64,000 nucleotides of DNA from Naegleria gruberi (taxonomy: Eukaryota). The stretch lies in the NCBI GenBank assembly GCA_000004985.1, contig GG738862.1; one strand, given 5' to 3'. The number at the start of each line of letters is the position of its first letter. Position 1 is the first letter of the stretch. Under the pieces are notes generated by a model. The model was not told the origin of the DNA and did no database searches. It was given only the letters and a program-made list of their open reading frames with translations. A program made the position numbers and the translations under genes. Below are positions 10,124 through 21,156 of this stretch, in pieces.

Positions 10124-12333
10124 TTACAAAATGGAAATATCCTCAATGGAACTTTCAACCTTAGATTCATTTTGAGAATTGATAATAGGTTGGGATTCCT
10201 CAAGTTTTGGCATGTCAATTTCACTCTTTCCGAACATCATTTGTCTTTCAGCCAATTTTCTATAGATACCATCTTCCTTCTTAATCAATTCATGATGAGT
10301 GCCTGATTCTTTCAATTCTCCCTTCACTAAGACATAGATAGTATCACAATTTTGAACAGTACTCAATCTGTGAGCAATACAAATGGAGGTTCTTCCTTGC
10401 ATGAGATTATCAAGAGCTGCCTGAACAAGTCCTTCACTTTCTGTGTCAAGGGCTGAAGTGGCTTCATCCAAGAGGAGAACTTGTGGATCTTGTAAAATAG
10501 CTCTGGCAATGGCAACACGTTGCTTTTGACCACCTGATAAGGAAACACCCTTTTCACCAAGTTTGGTGTCATATCCATCAGGTAAATCCATAATGAAATT
10601 ATGACAATTGGCAGATTTGGCAGCTTCTTCAATTTGAGTTTGAGAAACATTTTCACTACCAACTGCATAAGCAATATTTTCTCTGATAGTAGTTGCAAAC
10701 AATACAGGTTCTATTTAAATGAATTAATACGAAATTATTAAGAATTAAACATACCTTGTGTGACAATACCAATATTTCTATGGAGCCATTGTGGATCAAT
10801 ATCCTTAATATTATATCCATCAATGACAATATCTCCTTCTTGTGGATCATAGAATCTTTCCAATAAACCAACAATGGTTGACTTTCCTGAACCTGATGGA
10901 CCTACCAAAGCGACTGAAGTTCCTGGTTTAATGTCAATGGAAAAGTCAGTCAATACAGTAGCATTAGGTCTAGATGGATAGACAAACTTGACATTCTTAA
11001 TTTGAATGGAACCTTTCAATTTCTCTTCTGGAGCTTTTCCTCCCTTGAATGGAATGGCAGGTTCTCTCTTTAAAACTCTAAGAAGAGTTTTTTGAGACAT
11101 TTGTGCTTTGGAAAATTCTGGAACTTGAGTACCGGCTTGTGACAAACCAATGACACCAAAAAGCATCAAACCGAAAACCTTCATCATGGCACCAACAGAA
11201 ATTGTGCTTTCAGCAACTAAACCACCTCCATACTATTATTTCAAATTCAATTGGCGAAATAATTGTAAATAATTGTTAGAAATGAATTTTTGAAAACTTA
11301 CCCAAAATGATAAAGCAATAGTTCCCCAAAGAATAAATGAAACAGCTGCAAATGTTGTTCCTTGCAAAATTGCTTTAAAAAAACCATAAGTATTGATATT
11401 TTTCAAATCCTTAGCAAATCTCTCTTGTTCCTTCTCTTCACAACCCATACTCTTGACAGTTCTAAAACTAGAAACAACTTCAGTGGCAATAGAAGCAGAA
11501 TGTTCAGTTGCTCCATTTGTCTTTTTGGTCAATACTTCCACAATCTTGGACAAGACACCAACACCAAAGACTAACAATGGAGAAGTTGAAATCATTACCA
11601 AGGACATTTGCCAAGAGGAAACAAAGGCAAGCACAATACCAATAATGAATTGAGCAGTGTTTTGTAAAAGGAGGGCCAATTTGTTTGAGTAAACTTCTTG
11701 AATTTTGGAAATGTCTTCACTCAACGCAACTGTCAAGGCACCTGTCTTTTTGATATCAAAGAACCCCATTTCTTGTCTGGTCAATGCGTTGAAATAGGCT
11801 TTTCTCAATGAAACACCAATTCTTTCACTTGCCAAATTCAAAAAGAATTGAGACAGAAAACTAGCAACTGCAGACGCAGCAGCAATAATTGTAAATTTGA
11901 TAGCAATATCAGAAACACTTGCTTTCATAGAGTCTACTGTTGGAACAACACCATTCTTTGGTTGAAAAACATCCACCAAGTCACCCATCACAAATTGAAA
12001 ACTGAGTGGAATAACACCGTTACCCAAACTTCCAATAGCTCCAATCAATACCAACAACCAATTCCATCCAAAAATCTTGAAAATGATCATGTTATCCTTT
12101 CCAGTAAGTGTTGGTTCTCTCTCATCTTTAATTTCTTCAGAATTTGGTTTTTCTTCTTTCTTCTTTTTGAATCGTTTAAATGGATTTCTACTTGGTCTTT
12201 CTTCTGGTGCTTGTTTTGCACCAGCGTTTGTATTATTCAATTGTTCTTTATCTATTGTCGTTACAGTTGTTGTCGTTTGATCGGAAGAGCCAGTGTTGAT
12301 CAAGGCTTCCTTATTCACTTCCTTTTTCGTCAT
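10124..12333 (-). CDS. ABC transporter, B-family half-transporter (TMD-NBD), 3 exons
   Basis: Exon 1 is ~11302-12333 (first ATG MTKKEV; the track's 12360 start is TTG) and encodes the N-terminal extension plus a six-helix TMD ending ...ALSFW. Intron ~11233-11301 (GTAAGT...AATAG, 69 nt). Exon 2 ~10755-11232 (YGGGLVAE...[16 protein letters not shown]...Walker [10 protein letters not shown]...NIGIVTQ). Intron ~10711-10754 (GTATGT...AAATAG, 44 nt). Exon 3 10124-10710 ([13 protein letters not shown]...ABC signature [14 protein letters not shown], Walker [13 protein letters not shown]-loop IAHRL). TAA stop. Total about 698 aa. Confidence 0.85.
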
Positions 12334-12924
12334 ATTTTCAATATTTACAATCTTTTTCAATTATTGTTATTATTACTACAGATTCCAGATTCAAAATTGT
12401 AAATTAAAATATTACAACAATAATGGAGTGAGAACTTTTTTTTAGACTTGTATTTTAGTTGCTTCTATCAAAATTGAGATGAAATATTGAAAATTAAATG
12501 GGTGTTTGGCGATCCGTAATGGCGCTGAAAAGGTTATATTTGGATGAATTGCTGAATATGGCGTGATGGAATCCCGTGGCGGCATTGAACTAACTTTGGA
12601 TGCTTGGTATTAGATGAGATGGTAGATCAAACAATTAATAGAATGGATAAGTGGAAATATCATGGGGATATTTAGATTGGCTGAAAACTGTAAATCTTTT
12701 ATGTTGTAAAGGATTTTGATTGAATGATTAAGGAAATGGTAAATGGTTGAAACGAATAATTCATCAATAATGTAATGGAAATGTTTCTAGTGATCTTCAA
12801 AGCACAATCACAAGTATTGAGTTTTAAGAGAGCATAATAAGCTTGGTGAAGATACCCATAGTAATCTTAATCACGATAATTTCAAGCCTGCCGTTATTAA
12901 CAAAGGATTAAGCTTTAGAAAAAA

Positions 12925-13818
12925 ATGGCAGAGAAGATTGTATCAGCTTTCGTCAACAATTACCTTCCTCATCTTTTGAGTATTGAATCCAAAGCATTGA
13001 TTTATCATCTTGTTCAAAGACTTAAGGATTTTAATAAGAAAATCAATACAGTTGAAGAAAGACAAGCATTGAATCGTCGTCTTGAGGCTGAAATTAAAGC
13101 ACTCAAACTAAATAACAGTGTATCCTGTACAATAATTGCAAGAATATTCCGAGAGAGGTATAATTTGAAGAATGAGAGTGATGATCTGGTGTTTCTTTTA
13201 AAGCTGGTTGAACCAAGTTTAGGCTTTGAATTCTTCCTTAGGACTCGTGAAGAGCAGAAGAAACTCTTCCATTTGGTTAATAAGAATTTGAACTCTCCTC
13301 AAGGTCTCCAACTCTCTCGTAGAGCAGCCAAAATTGATCCAAACCTTGTTGAACAACATTTCTTCTCTAATTTAAACTCAAGTGAAGAAAAAACCATTAA
13401 GAGAATACTGATCAACATTTTCAAAGGAAAGGAAGGAATTGGGTTTGATGCTTTCTATTTAGCCTTTACGTACTTTTTCAGCATTAAGAATTGCAACAAA
13501 CTTGATGCTATGGAAGATGAAGCGTTGAGAAAAATGATTGCTCCTCAATTACCATTCGATGTATTGTATCTAGCTATCATGTTCTGCTATTGGAAATGTT
13601 TCGGAAAGGTAAAATTACATTATTTTCCAGTATTCCTAGATTGTATTCATGTGTCAGTTCAAGAATATCATATTAGTGTTGATACATTATTTGTTGAAGA
13701 ACAATTGAAAAATCACCTCAAATCACTTGATGAGTTGATGTTTGTTGAAGCATCGGAAGATAATTTTCTTTCTTCAGATGAAGAGGATGAGCCAACAAGA
13801 AAGAAGAAGAAAAAATGA
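12925..13818 (+). CDS. hypothetical protein (297 aa), probably the N-terminal part of a longer gene continuing in 13815-14522
   Basis: ATG at 12925. Ends ...EDEPTRKKKKK then TGA. The TGA overlaps the ATG of the next ORF (ATGA) inside an A6 homopolymer; one extra A would fuse both ORFs into a 532 aa protein. Confidence 0.5.
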   Translation: MAEKIVSAFVNNYLPHLLSIESKALIYHLVQRLKDFNKKINTVEERQALNRRLEAEIKALKLNNSVSCTIIARIFRERYNLKNESDDLVFLLKLVEPSLGFEFFLRTREEQKKLFHLVNKNLNSPQGLQLSRRAAKIDPNLVEQHFFSNLNSSEEKTIKRILINIFKGKEGIGFDAFYLAFTYFFSIKNCNKLDAMEDEALRKMIAPQLPFDVLYLAIMFCYWKCFGKVKLHYFPVFLDCIHVSVQEYHISVDTLFVEEQLKNHLKSLDELMFVEASEDNFLSSDEEDEPTRKKKKK

Positions 13819-14522
13819 TTACACAGATTAAGGATCATCCAGATATCACACAAACTCTTGCTGATTTCCAGGAGCAATTGTTGTTTAAGGCTGAAGCAAA
13901 ATATGCTGAAATCATTGTTAAATTAAAAAATAGAATTGATGAAATAGAGAGTAATCAAATTAACGACAAGAAGGATAGGAAAGAATATGAGAGAAGGACC
14001 AATGAAACAATTATTGAACAAAAAAACCTGTTAATAAGATTGAAAAAAGATACTAATTCTCTTGAAAGAAAAATTGAAGAACATAAAAGAAAATTCGAAG
14101 AGCAAGCAATGAAGTTAAAGAATCAAAAAGATGAATATGAAGCAAAATTCGAAGAGCAAGCAACGAAGTTAAAGAATCAAAAAGATGAATATGAAACAAA
14201 ATTAGCTGATTTGAAAAAGAAGCTAAAAGAACACGAAACAGGAATACAGGAACTAAAGGAACAACACAAAACACAATTAGAGGAGCAAATGGATCAATAT
14301 GAAACACAATTAGAGGAGCAATTAAATCAATACCAAGAACAATTAGAAGAGGAAAGAGCTTACAAAACAAAATTAGAGGAGCAAATTGAAAGTATGGGCA
14401 AAAATATTCAATCATTGTCGTCTAAACTAGCTAATTATGAATTTGATAGTTTGGTAAAGCCAAACAAAAGATGTTCCTGTGATTGTTCAATATGTAAGGG
14501 ATGTCAAAAACCTGTTTTTTAA
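13815..14522 (+). CDS. coiled-coil protein (235 aa) with C-terminal Cys cluster; likely continuation of the 12925 ORF
   Basis: Heptad-rich sequence with an 18-aa unit duplicated in tandem (FEEQAMKLKNQKDEYEAK / FEEQATKLKNQKDEYETK; 54-nt units at ~14093-14200). C-terminus CSCDCSICKGCQKPVF. The 3' two-thirds lies inside the duplicated segment (copy A). Confidence 0.5.
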   Translation: MITQIKDHPDITQTLADFQEQLLFKAEAKYAEIIVKLKNRIDEIESNQINDKKDRKEYERRTNETIIEQKNLLIRLKKDTNSLERKIEEHKRKFEEQAMKLKNQKDEYEAKFEEQATKLKNQKDEYETKLADLKKKLKEHETGIQELKEQHKTQLEEQMDQYETQLEEQLNQYQEQLEEERAYKTKLEEQIESMGKNIQSLSSKLANYEFDSLVKPNKRCSCDCSICKGCQKPVF

Positions 14523-14525
14523 TTC

Positions 14526-15591
14526 TTGACAATCTTCTATCCAATAAATACATTTCTCGTATTGATTAATCTTGTTTTATTCTCAATACTATTTAACAGA
14601 GGTTCTTTCGTGTTGTCACAATTTTTTCTGAGGAAACCTTTTCAGATGTTTCATTTCAAGGTCGAAATTGATTATTGTCATGTTTTTTTCCAAAAAAATG
14701 TTCATTCCGATTCCTTCATGGAGTGATGATCATCACGTGGTGAATAATCCTCCGATAAATGATGATCAATCCAGTGATGATCATGAAACGTCTACAAACA
14801 ATTTAAATCATGTAAAATTTCCATCATATGATTATAGTTACCTTATTGAAAAACAAAAATTGGAGAATACATTTAATACTGCATTTATTGGTGGTAATGA
14901 TCAAACAGAGTTTAAGAAGTACGATAAATGTATTAGTAATTTTAAATTGGATTCAGTGTCATCTCACTATTGCGAGAATAGTAAACCATACATATCAAAT
15001 AACAAATACTTGAATGAACTCTATCATATTTATATTAATGATGAAAAAAAAATTGAATTGAATAATATTAATCATTTTTACAATAATACTTGGAAGAATG
15101 TTAATTTGGAAAATGAGTGTATTCATTCTATTGAAAATCATTTAAGATCAGTTACTGTTTATGGAAAAAATACTAATTTTTTTGTTTTAAATACATTTGA
15201 TAGATTTAAGGAGATGTTTGATCAAGTTGTTAAAAAAAATGAAATTTCGAATGCAGAATTAAGTAACTTTATATTTATTGGTGGTAATGGCCAAAGTTTC
15301 TTTTATGAATTAAATAGTAATGTACTCATTAATGCACACCAACGGGGTAATGACCATTATTATTGCCTAAAAGGTTGTTTATCGGAAGGTGAATTTGTTG
15401 AATATCTTTGTGTTTACAATTTATCCTATTTGAAATATTCTGTATTTATTTTAACTAATTTTGGAAGAGTTTTATATCAAAAAGAACACAAAATGGTTGA
15501 ACTTGAAACAAAATTGAAATTTATTAAAATAATAGAGAGCAGAATGGGATTTAATTTATTTTATTGTATAATGAGTGATAATTATTTATAA
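14526..15591 (+). CDS. hypothetical protein (copy A); reading frame interrupted near 14680 relative to copy B
   Basis: Track ORFs 14526-14726 and 14668-15591 overlap in different frames. Copy B (29657-) reads MTIFYP...EIDYWSLFFSKKMFIPIPSWSDDHH... as one frame. Copy A has TGTCATG where copy B has TGGTCTTTG, a 2-nt difference. The first in-frame ATGs are MFHFKVEIDY (~14646) and MFFSKKMFIPIPS (~14680). No recognisable domain. Confidence 0.3.
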
Positions 15592-15783
15592 GGGATTTCA
15601 TCAAAAGGAAAAGATTTCACTTTAACAAAATCAAATATAATCAAAAGAAAAGTTAAAAATATTAAATATTTAAAGTGTGGAACATTACTGATACAAACCT
15701 TATCTAATGAATGGATATTTAAAACTAACAATGATTTAAAAACGGTATTTCCATTTTTTAAATCAAAAAAGGACTTCTCTGAT

Positions 15784-16197
15784 TTGGAGGTGCACAACAT
15801 TTTGGGTCTGATTGCCAAATCAAGAAAAAGAAGAACACTACTAGATAACTTATTACCATCATGTATAGAAATAGTTGGAGATAGTGTAAATTCTATTTGT
15901 TTTCTATTACAAGATTATACACTTTATATATCAAATGAAGTTAATCAAAAACATAAGAAAATTTATTCTGTAAATTTCTTAAAATTAAATTTAATAGATA
16001 TTGGAATTCCATTAAAAGAATTAAGTTCAACCTCATTCCAAGATAGAAATTTAATTATTAAAAATAGAGATGGAAACATATTGTTTGGAATTGAAAAAAT
16101 ACCTAAATTAACACATTCCTTAATTTCACATTGCAAATTATTATTTGAAAAATTGAAATTGAATATTTTAACTGATATTGACATTATTTTATGTTAA
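15784..16197 (+). CDS. hypothetical ORF lacking any ATG (possible downstream exon or continuation of the 14526-15591 gene)
   Basis: 137 codons open from a GTG with no internal Met. It is in the same frame as 14668-15591. It is conserved in copy B (30330-30833), where a ~520-nt deletion brings it next to the upstream ORF. Confidence 0.25.
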   Translation: MEVHNILGLIAKSRKRRTLLDNLLPSCIEIVGDSVNSICFLLQDYTLYISNEVNQKHKKIYSVNFLKLNLIDIGIPLKELSSTSFQDRNLIIKNRDGNILFGIEKIPKLTHSLISHCKLLFEKLKLNILTDIDIILC

Positions 16198-16367
16198 TCA
16201 ATTTTTGATTTGTTGATAGAGGGAAGAGACAGGAAAATACAGCACGCATGGTACCTTCGCTGTAAATCACACAAAAAATTATTTAATTTAAATAATCTTT
16301 TAATTTAAACTATTGAAAGGAAAAGAAAATAAAGGAATTAAATAATTAAATTAAAGATATTACAAAC

Positions 16368-18302
16368 ATGATGCGCTTGCAAAAGTTAAAAAAAATGGGA
16401 AAACGAAAACATTCAAAAATTTCAAAGGAAAAGAAAAATATTCATCAAAGGGAGGAAAAGTCTGCACCAGGAGTTGTTATGACTAATTTGCCAGATGGAG
16501 CATCATTACAAATTTCTACAAAAAAGAAAAAGATGTCTCATGCTTCTTCTACTACTCCGAAGAATGATCAAATTGGATTGGAAATGATTGAAAAATGGCA
16601 GCAAATTTTGAGTTTGCAAGATACACTCACCCTGATTCTGGGTTACATTCCCGAATATTTATTGGAGAGAACAATGAGATTTGTTAATAGGGATTTTTAT
16701 CTTGCATCCTCTGTTGCTTGGAGAGAGAATATTCGAAGTTTGAAAATTCATGCATCATCACTCAAGGAAATAGAGATTGGTATTAAAAGATGGGAAAAAC
16801 TCAAGAATTTGAAAGATGTAAAGATTTCGTTTACTGATTTTGATATATGCTATGAGTTTGATGTTTGTTGCTTGAGTCATTTGGGATTTGAAAAAATTGG
16901 AGTTGTTAATACCACATCAATATTTTCCAAATCTCTTGTTGACACTAAATGGGTTGAAACTTTGAGATATTTACAAATTGATATTCATCAACAATATTTT
17001 ACTGCCTTGTTTGACTTGAATTTACACACTTTGGTTGTACAATTTCTTGAATTGGATGATAGTGAATTAATTATTGGAAAGGATGATAAGCCTTTATTTA
17101 AAAGTTTAACCCATCTCGATTACTCGAGTATAGCATTCAATAACATGGATGAATTTTTGAATAGACTTGTTAACCTTAAAAAATTGAGAAATGGTGATGA
17201 TGACATGAGTATTGAGAATATCAAATTACCTAATTTGAAACACTATAATTGTATGCATGAATTAATGGGGATAGAAGAGGTATTTCCAAAGTTAGAATCT
17301 CTAAAATCATATTCTAGTTTTTCAACAGCTAACGTGACAGGAGCAATCTCCCTAAAAACTTTAAAATCGGTAACCCTTAGTTTAGAATCAAAAACGATTA
17401 GCTCTATTCCAGATGCACTGTTTAATTTACCACTCCTTGAAAAGTTGTCATTGCTTGTCTACTGCTCCAGTCTAACAAAATGTTCAAAAATTAACCCAAA
17501 ACCATTGGATAATTTGAAAAAGGTAAAGCTTGTATTTTTTGAATACGAGAACGGTGAGCTTCCAATATCATTCTTTCATTTCAGAAAATGTAGCAATATT
17601 GAAAAAATTAGATTTGAAGAGGAAAGTCAAAAGGTATTAGTGGATATGAATGATTTTTCAAATTTTCCATTATTGAAAAGTCTAGCAGTAACAGCTGGAT
17701 CTGCTTCTAACTGGAATAGTCCTATTTGCACTCTGGAATCATTGGCAATTAATGTAAAAAAACAATGCTCAGTTACACTCACAGGACTAGACAAACTGAA
17801 GCGTTTGGAATATGTATCACAAAATATGAATAGTCTGGTTCAATATCTAAATGATAACTCCAATGATTGTATTAGAGATTTGAATATTTCTGGAAAGGAT
17901 ATTTCAAAGTTCACATCATTTCCCTGTTATTTGGAAACCCTCACCATTACAAACATGTATCTAAAAGAAATTAATGAGAGATTTGTGAACATTGTCAATA
18001 ACCAAACCAACCTTAGAAAACTAGTCATTGAGGAATCCAAATTCGACCTGGTTCCACTCTCGGAATCGCTCACTTGTCTCATCCATCAAATTAGCAAAAT
18101 ACAATTGAGTGGTGAATGCTATCCTATACCATACTCTGAATCCAAATATATTACCAATTTAATCAAAGTCCTATCAATATATGACTCCAAGAAAATAGAT
18201 CTCAAACTCAGTGGTTTTAATTATACATTCTCAAATCAATCAACTGGATATCTCATCTCTCAAATCAATTCCCGTTTTACAACAATTTCATTTACCTCAT
18301 GA
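16368..18302 (+). CDS. F-box-like / leucine-rich-repeat-like protein (644 aa)
   Basis: ATG at 16368 (MMRLQKLKKMGKRK, basic N-terminus). F-box-like segment LSLQDTLTLILGYIPEYLLERTMRFVNRDFYLASSVAW. Downstream irregular LRR/FBD-like repeats (LKSVTLSLES, LEKLSLLVYCSSL, LRKLVIEESKFDL). A near-identical copy lies at 30972-. Confidence 0.55.
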   Translation: MMRLQKLKKMGKRKHSKISKEKKNIHQREEKSAPGVVMTNLPDGASLQISTKKKKMSHASSTTPKNDQIGLEMIEKWQQILSLQDTLTLILGYIPEYLLERTMRFVNRDFYLASSVAWRENIRSLKIHASSLKEIEIGIKRWEKLKNLKDVKISFTDFDICYEFDVCCLSHLGFEKIGVVNTTSIFSKSLVDTKWVETLRYLQIDIHQQYFTALFDLNLHTLVVQFLELDDSELIIGKDDKPLFKSLTHLDYSSIAFNNMDEFLNRLVNLKKLRNGDDDMSIENIKLPNLKHYNCMHELMGIEEVFPKLESLKSYSSFSTANVTGAISLKTLKSVTLSLESKTISSIPDALFNLPLLEKLSLLVYCSSLTKCSKINPKPLDNLKKVKLVFFEYENGELPISFFHFRKCSNIEKIRFEEESQKVLVDMNDFSNFPLLKSLAVTAGSASNWNSPICTLESLAINVKKQCSVTLTGLDKLKRLEYVSQNMNSLVQYLNDNSNDCIRDLNISGKDISKFTSFPCYLETLTITNMYLKEINERFVNIVNNQTNLRKLVIEESKFDLVPLSESLTCLIHQISKIQLSGECYPIPYSESKYITNLIKVLSIYDSKKIDLKLSGFNYTFSNQSTGYLISQINSRFTTISFTS

Positions 18303-18555
18303 TTGGAATTTTAATAATTTCAAGTAAGATTCAAGTCCACTCATAATTTATTCCTATGCATTGTATTAAGATAACTTAAACAAAATTATTTGTAATTTCA
18401 TTTCCATTTAGTTCTTGAGTATATCATTTTCTAGGACGAGGAAACTTTCAATTCAGTCTTACATTCAAGATGTACCTTCATATTTGAGAATGAGATACAC
18501 CGATGTCAGAATAATGGGGAAGATTTTCTCCAACACTAACTATTGCTGGAATATT

Positions 18556-20240
18556 TCAATTGTCTGGAGTGTAATCTTTAAATTCCCTCTTCACATGATC
18601 CAAAACTTCATTGACATTGACAATCAATTTGAGATCATCACACATAATTGGAATGTATCGAATTCCCAACGATCTTGATCCACACCAAAAATCTCCAGGC
18701 CAACCATAGATCCACCCAATTTCCATGATAAACTTAATTTTTTCTCGGTTGACTGCATTCATGTTAGCGAGCCCAGCACCATGAGGAGCAATGATAGCAA
18801 GTGCTCCATAGAATGCAACACCAATGTCAATAAATGATTCTAGTTTTCCTAATTTGACAGGAATATATCAATATTTAAAGGCGTTGTAAACTCTTTCAAG
18901 CTGTTGATCATTTCGTCTTGATTAGTAATCATTCTATTACCAATATCTGATCGATCCACAACCAGAATATATTCTCTAGGATTTTGTTGAATTGGATTTG
19001 GTAACTTTTTAAAAAATTTCGAATAAATTGTCGAAACTATTCTCATTACAATATCAGGTGTTAAAGCAGCGTAATCATCCTTCGAATGTAAGAAATAAAC
19101 TCTCTTTCCAATATAATAATGACCCACTCTAGCCCAAATTATCTTTCTCTTTGGATGTATAATTCCCAGCTCTTTAAAAGATTCAATAATTCGTCTATTC
19201 TTTCCAATATCATTCATCAGAATAGGAATATGGAGAGGTAAGAAATAACTCATAAAAACTATTCTCGGTAAAACTTCAATTGGAAAATGACCAGCAGCTG
19301 TTGGATTATACGAAACTCCAACCATTGCAAACATTGGTTCAAACTTAACTGAAGCTTGATAATCAAACTTGAGCGAATGTGGAGTTGACATGATTAGGAT
19401 ATTACCATTCTTATCAAATAAACTTCCTGTAACGTGTCTATTAGAAACTCCAAAATCATAAATTCCATCCTCAATTGACAAAATTCCGAAATTTAAATTT
19501 GGTTTGAAACACCAAGGTCTTGAAAAGAAGACTTTGCTTTCGTTTTTCTTTATGGTGGATTCCTCACAAATAGAACATAAATGGTTCTGACAATTGTTGG
19601 GACAATACTTTCGTCTGGATTCCTCTGAAACTATTGGATACGAAACGAAATCGTCTCTAAATTCAACATTGTGTGCAAAGACCATATGTACCAATAGAGT
19701 TGGTAATTTCTTACTAATTTCATATCGTTTTGTTGTTGGATTAAATATTATCGAATAGATAGTTTCGTCCTCATGAAAATCATGTTTAAACTTTCCATTC
19801 GATTGACTTGTATCCAAAGCACTCGTTAATTGTGAGAAGAATATCCTTTTCAAATGACTATTTGATGGTTTTGACAAGAACTCAAAGGAAAGAAGTGTGA
19901 ATTCGTTGTCATCTGTTGACCAAATTTCTATTAAACTTTTTCCTCTATTTTCATCACAATTACTTTCAATGAGTGATTTTAATGATGGATAATGATGTAA
20001 TTCATCTGAATTTAGAATACCCTGACTGTAGTATTCGTATTCGTGAGGTAGGAGAGGAAGCTTTTCATCCTTGTGTAAATGATATGTGTAATCGTGCCAC
20101 ATGTCAAAGTTTGTTGAACATGTTAATTGTTGTGTGGGAAGATGAAGAGAAGTCCGTATTGAATATCTATAGGCAACCAGAATGAAGCTTGCCAGGATTA
20201 AAAGACATCCCATGAAAAGATATTTCGAATGAGGTTTCAT
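18556..20240 (-). CDS. glycosyltransferase family 61 / DUF563-type (EOGT/xylosyltransferase-like), type II membrane topology; frame disrupted near 18850
   Basis: First ATG at ~20238-20240 (MKPHSKYLFMGCLLILASFILVAY signal-anchor). GT61 hallmarks are present: AAGHFPIEVLPRI, YILVVDRSDIGNRMITNQDEMINSL. After ...NIDIFLSN-TAG the conserved C-terminal block continues in the -1 frame (LGKLESFIDIGVAFYGALAIIAPHGAGLANMNAV..., HGAGL motif). This is track ORF 18556-18762. No plausible intron restores the frame without deleting the conserved R...N..E block. Confidence 0.6.
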
Positions 20241-21156
20241 ATTGTTTTTTGTTATCTTGTGCGACAACTCTTTTGACAGTCCCTCAATCGCATAATTTAC
20301 AGATTTTTTCCTTTATTTTACCACTGGTACTCTTTTTATGGATGAGGCATCATAAGTAGCATAATTTCCAAATCACTTCATTTTAGGAGTGATTTAATTT
20401 TTTATTAATTTTTTAACAAAATAATAAAAAAATATTTTATCCATTCTCTTTGAACAACACCACACCATCAGCATTGCAAAGAAAGCACTTTTCATCAAAG
20501 GAATTAATGATTATTATTGATCAAATCGTGTGCTTCCCTTGTTGTTTGCAAACCTCCTCTAGGATGCTTCATCAGTATTATTATGAAAATTAGTAGTACA
20601 TTCAAAGGAAACAAAAAGATTTTCAACCTCCAACACCAATAGGAGCAATTATTCTGATGCTCTACCTTGTATGTTGTAACCCTGAAAGAAAAAGCTCGTG
20701 AACGTGTTACCTTCTTCAAACAATAATATTATGCCAAGTTATAAGCTGGAGATGCTCTGTTACACATATCCGAAGCTGCAAGGAACCTCTGTTGAAGACA
20801 AAATTGTTAACGTGAATAGAAATTAGAACATTACAGATTCACAATAAGATTGAAGTAATGTTCTCACCACACCAGACTCTATCCCAGATTTCTCCTCACC
20901 AATGCAAGTACAATCCCAAGATGATAACAGCATCTTTGATGAAGAATTCTGGATACAAGGTTATTAAAAGCATGCTCCTAACCAAGAAAAAGAAGGTTTG
21001 AATGATGTGGTACTCTTTCATGGGTTTTTAGAAAAGTGAGAATACTTTTCGAATATTATGTTGAAGACTTCTGCAGTTGCTGGCATTCTTTTTTTTGGTG
21101 ACTTGACATGATTGTCAAATTTCGGTGCCACAAACGAGAATTGACAAGTTAAAAAA

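Larger units (their letters stand above)
14176..18266. repeat. segmental duplication copy A (~4.1 kb), near-identical to 29309-32870
   Basis: The stretch from ...AAAAAGATGAATATGAAACAAAATTAGCTGATTTG to ...GGATATCTCATCTCTCAAATC recurs after the first N gap. Identity looks >98% outside indels, and the gene order is the same: coiled-coil 3' end, two hypothetical ORFs, F-box/LRR-like gene. Confidence 0.8.
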
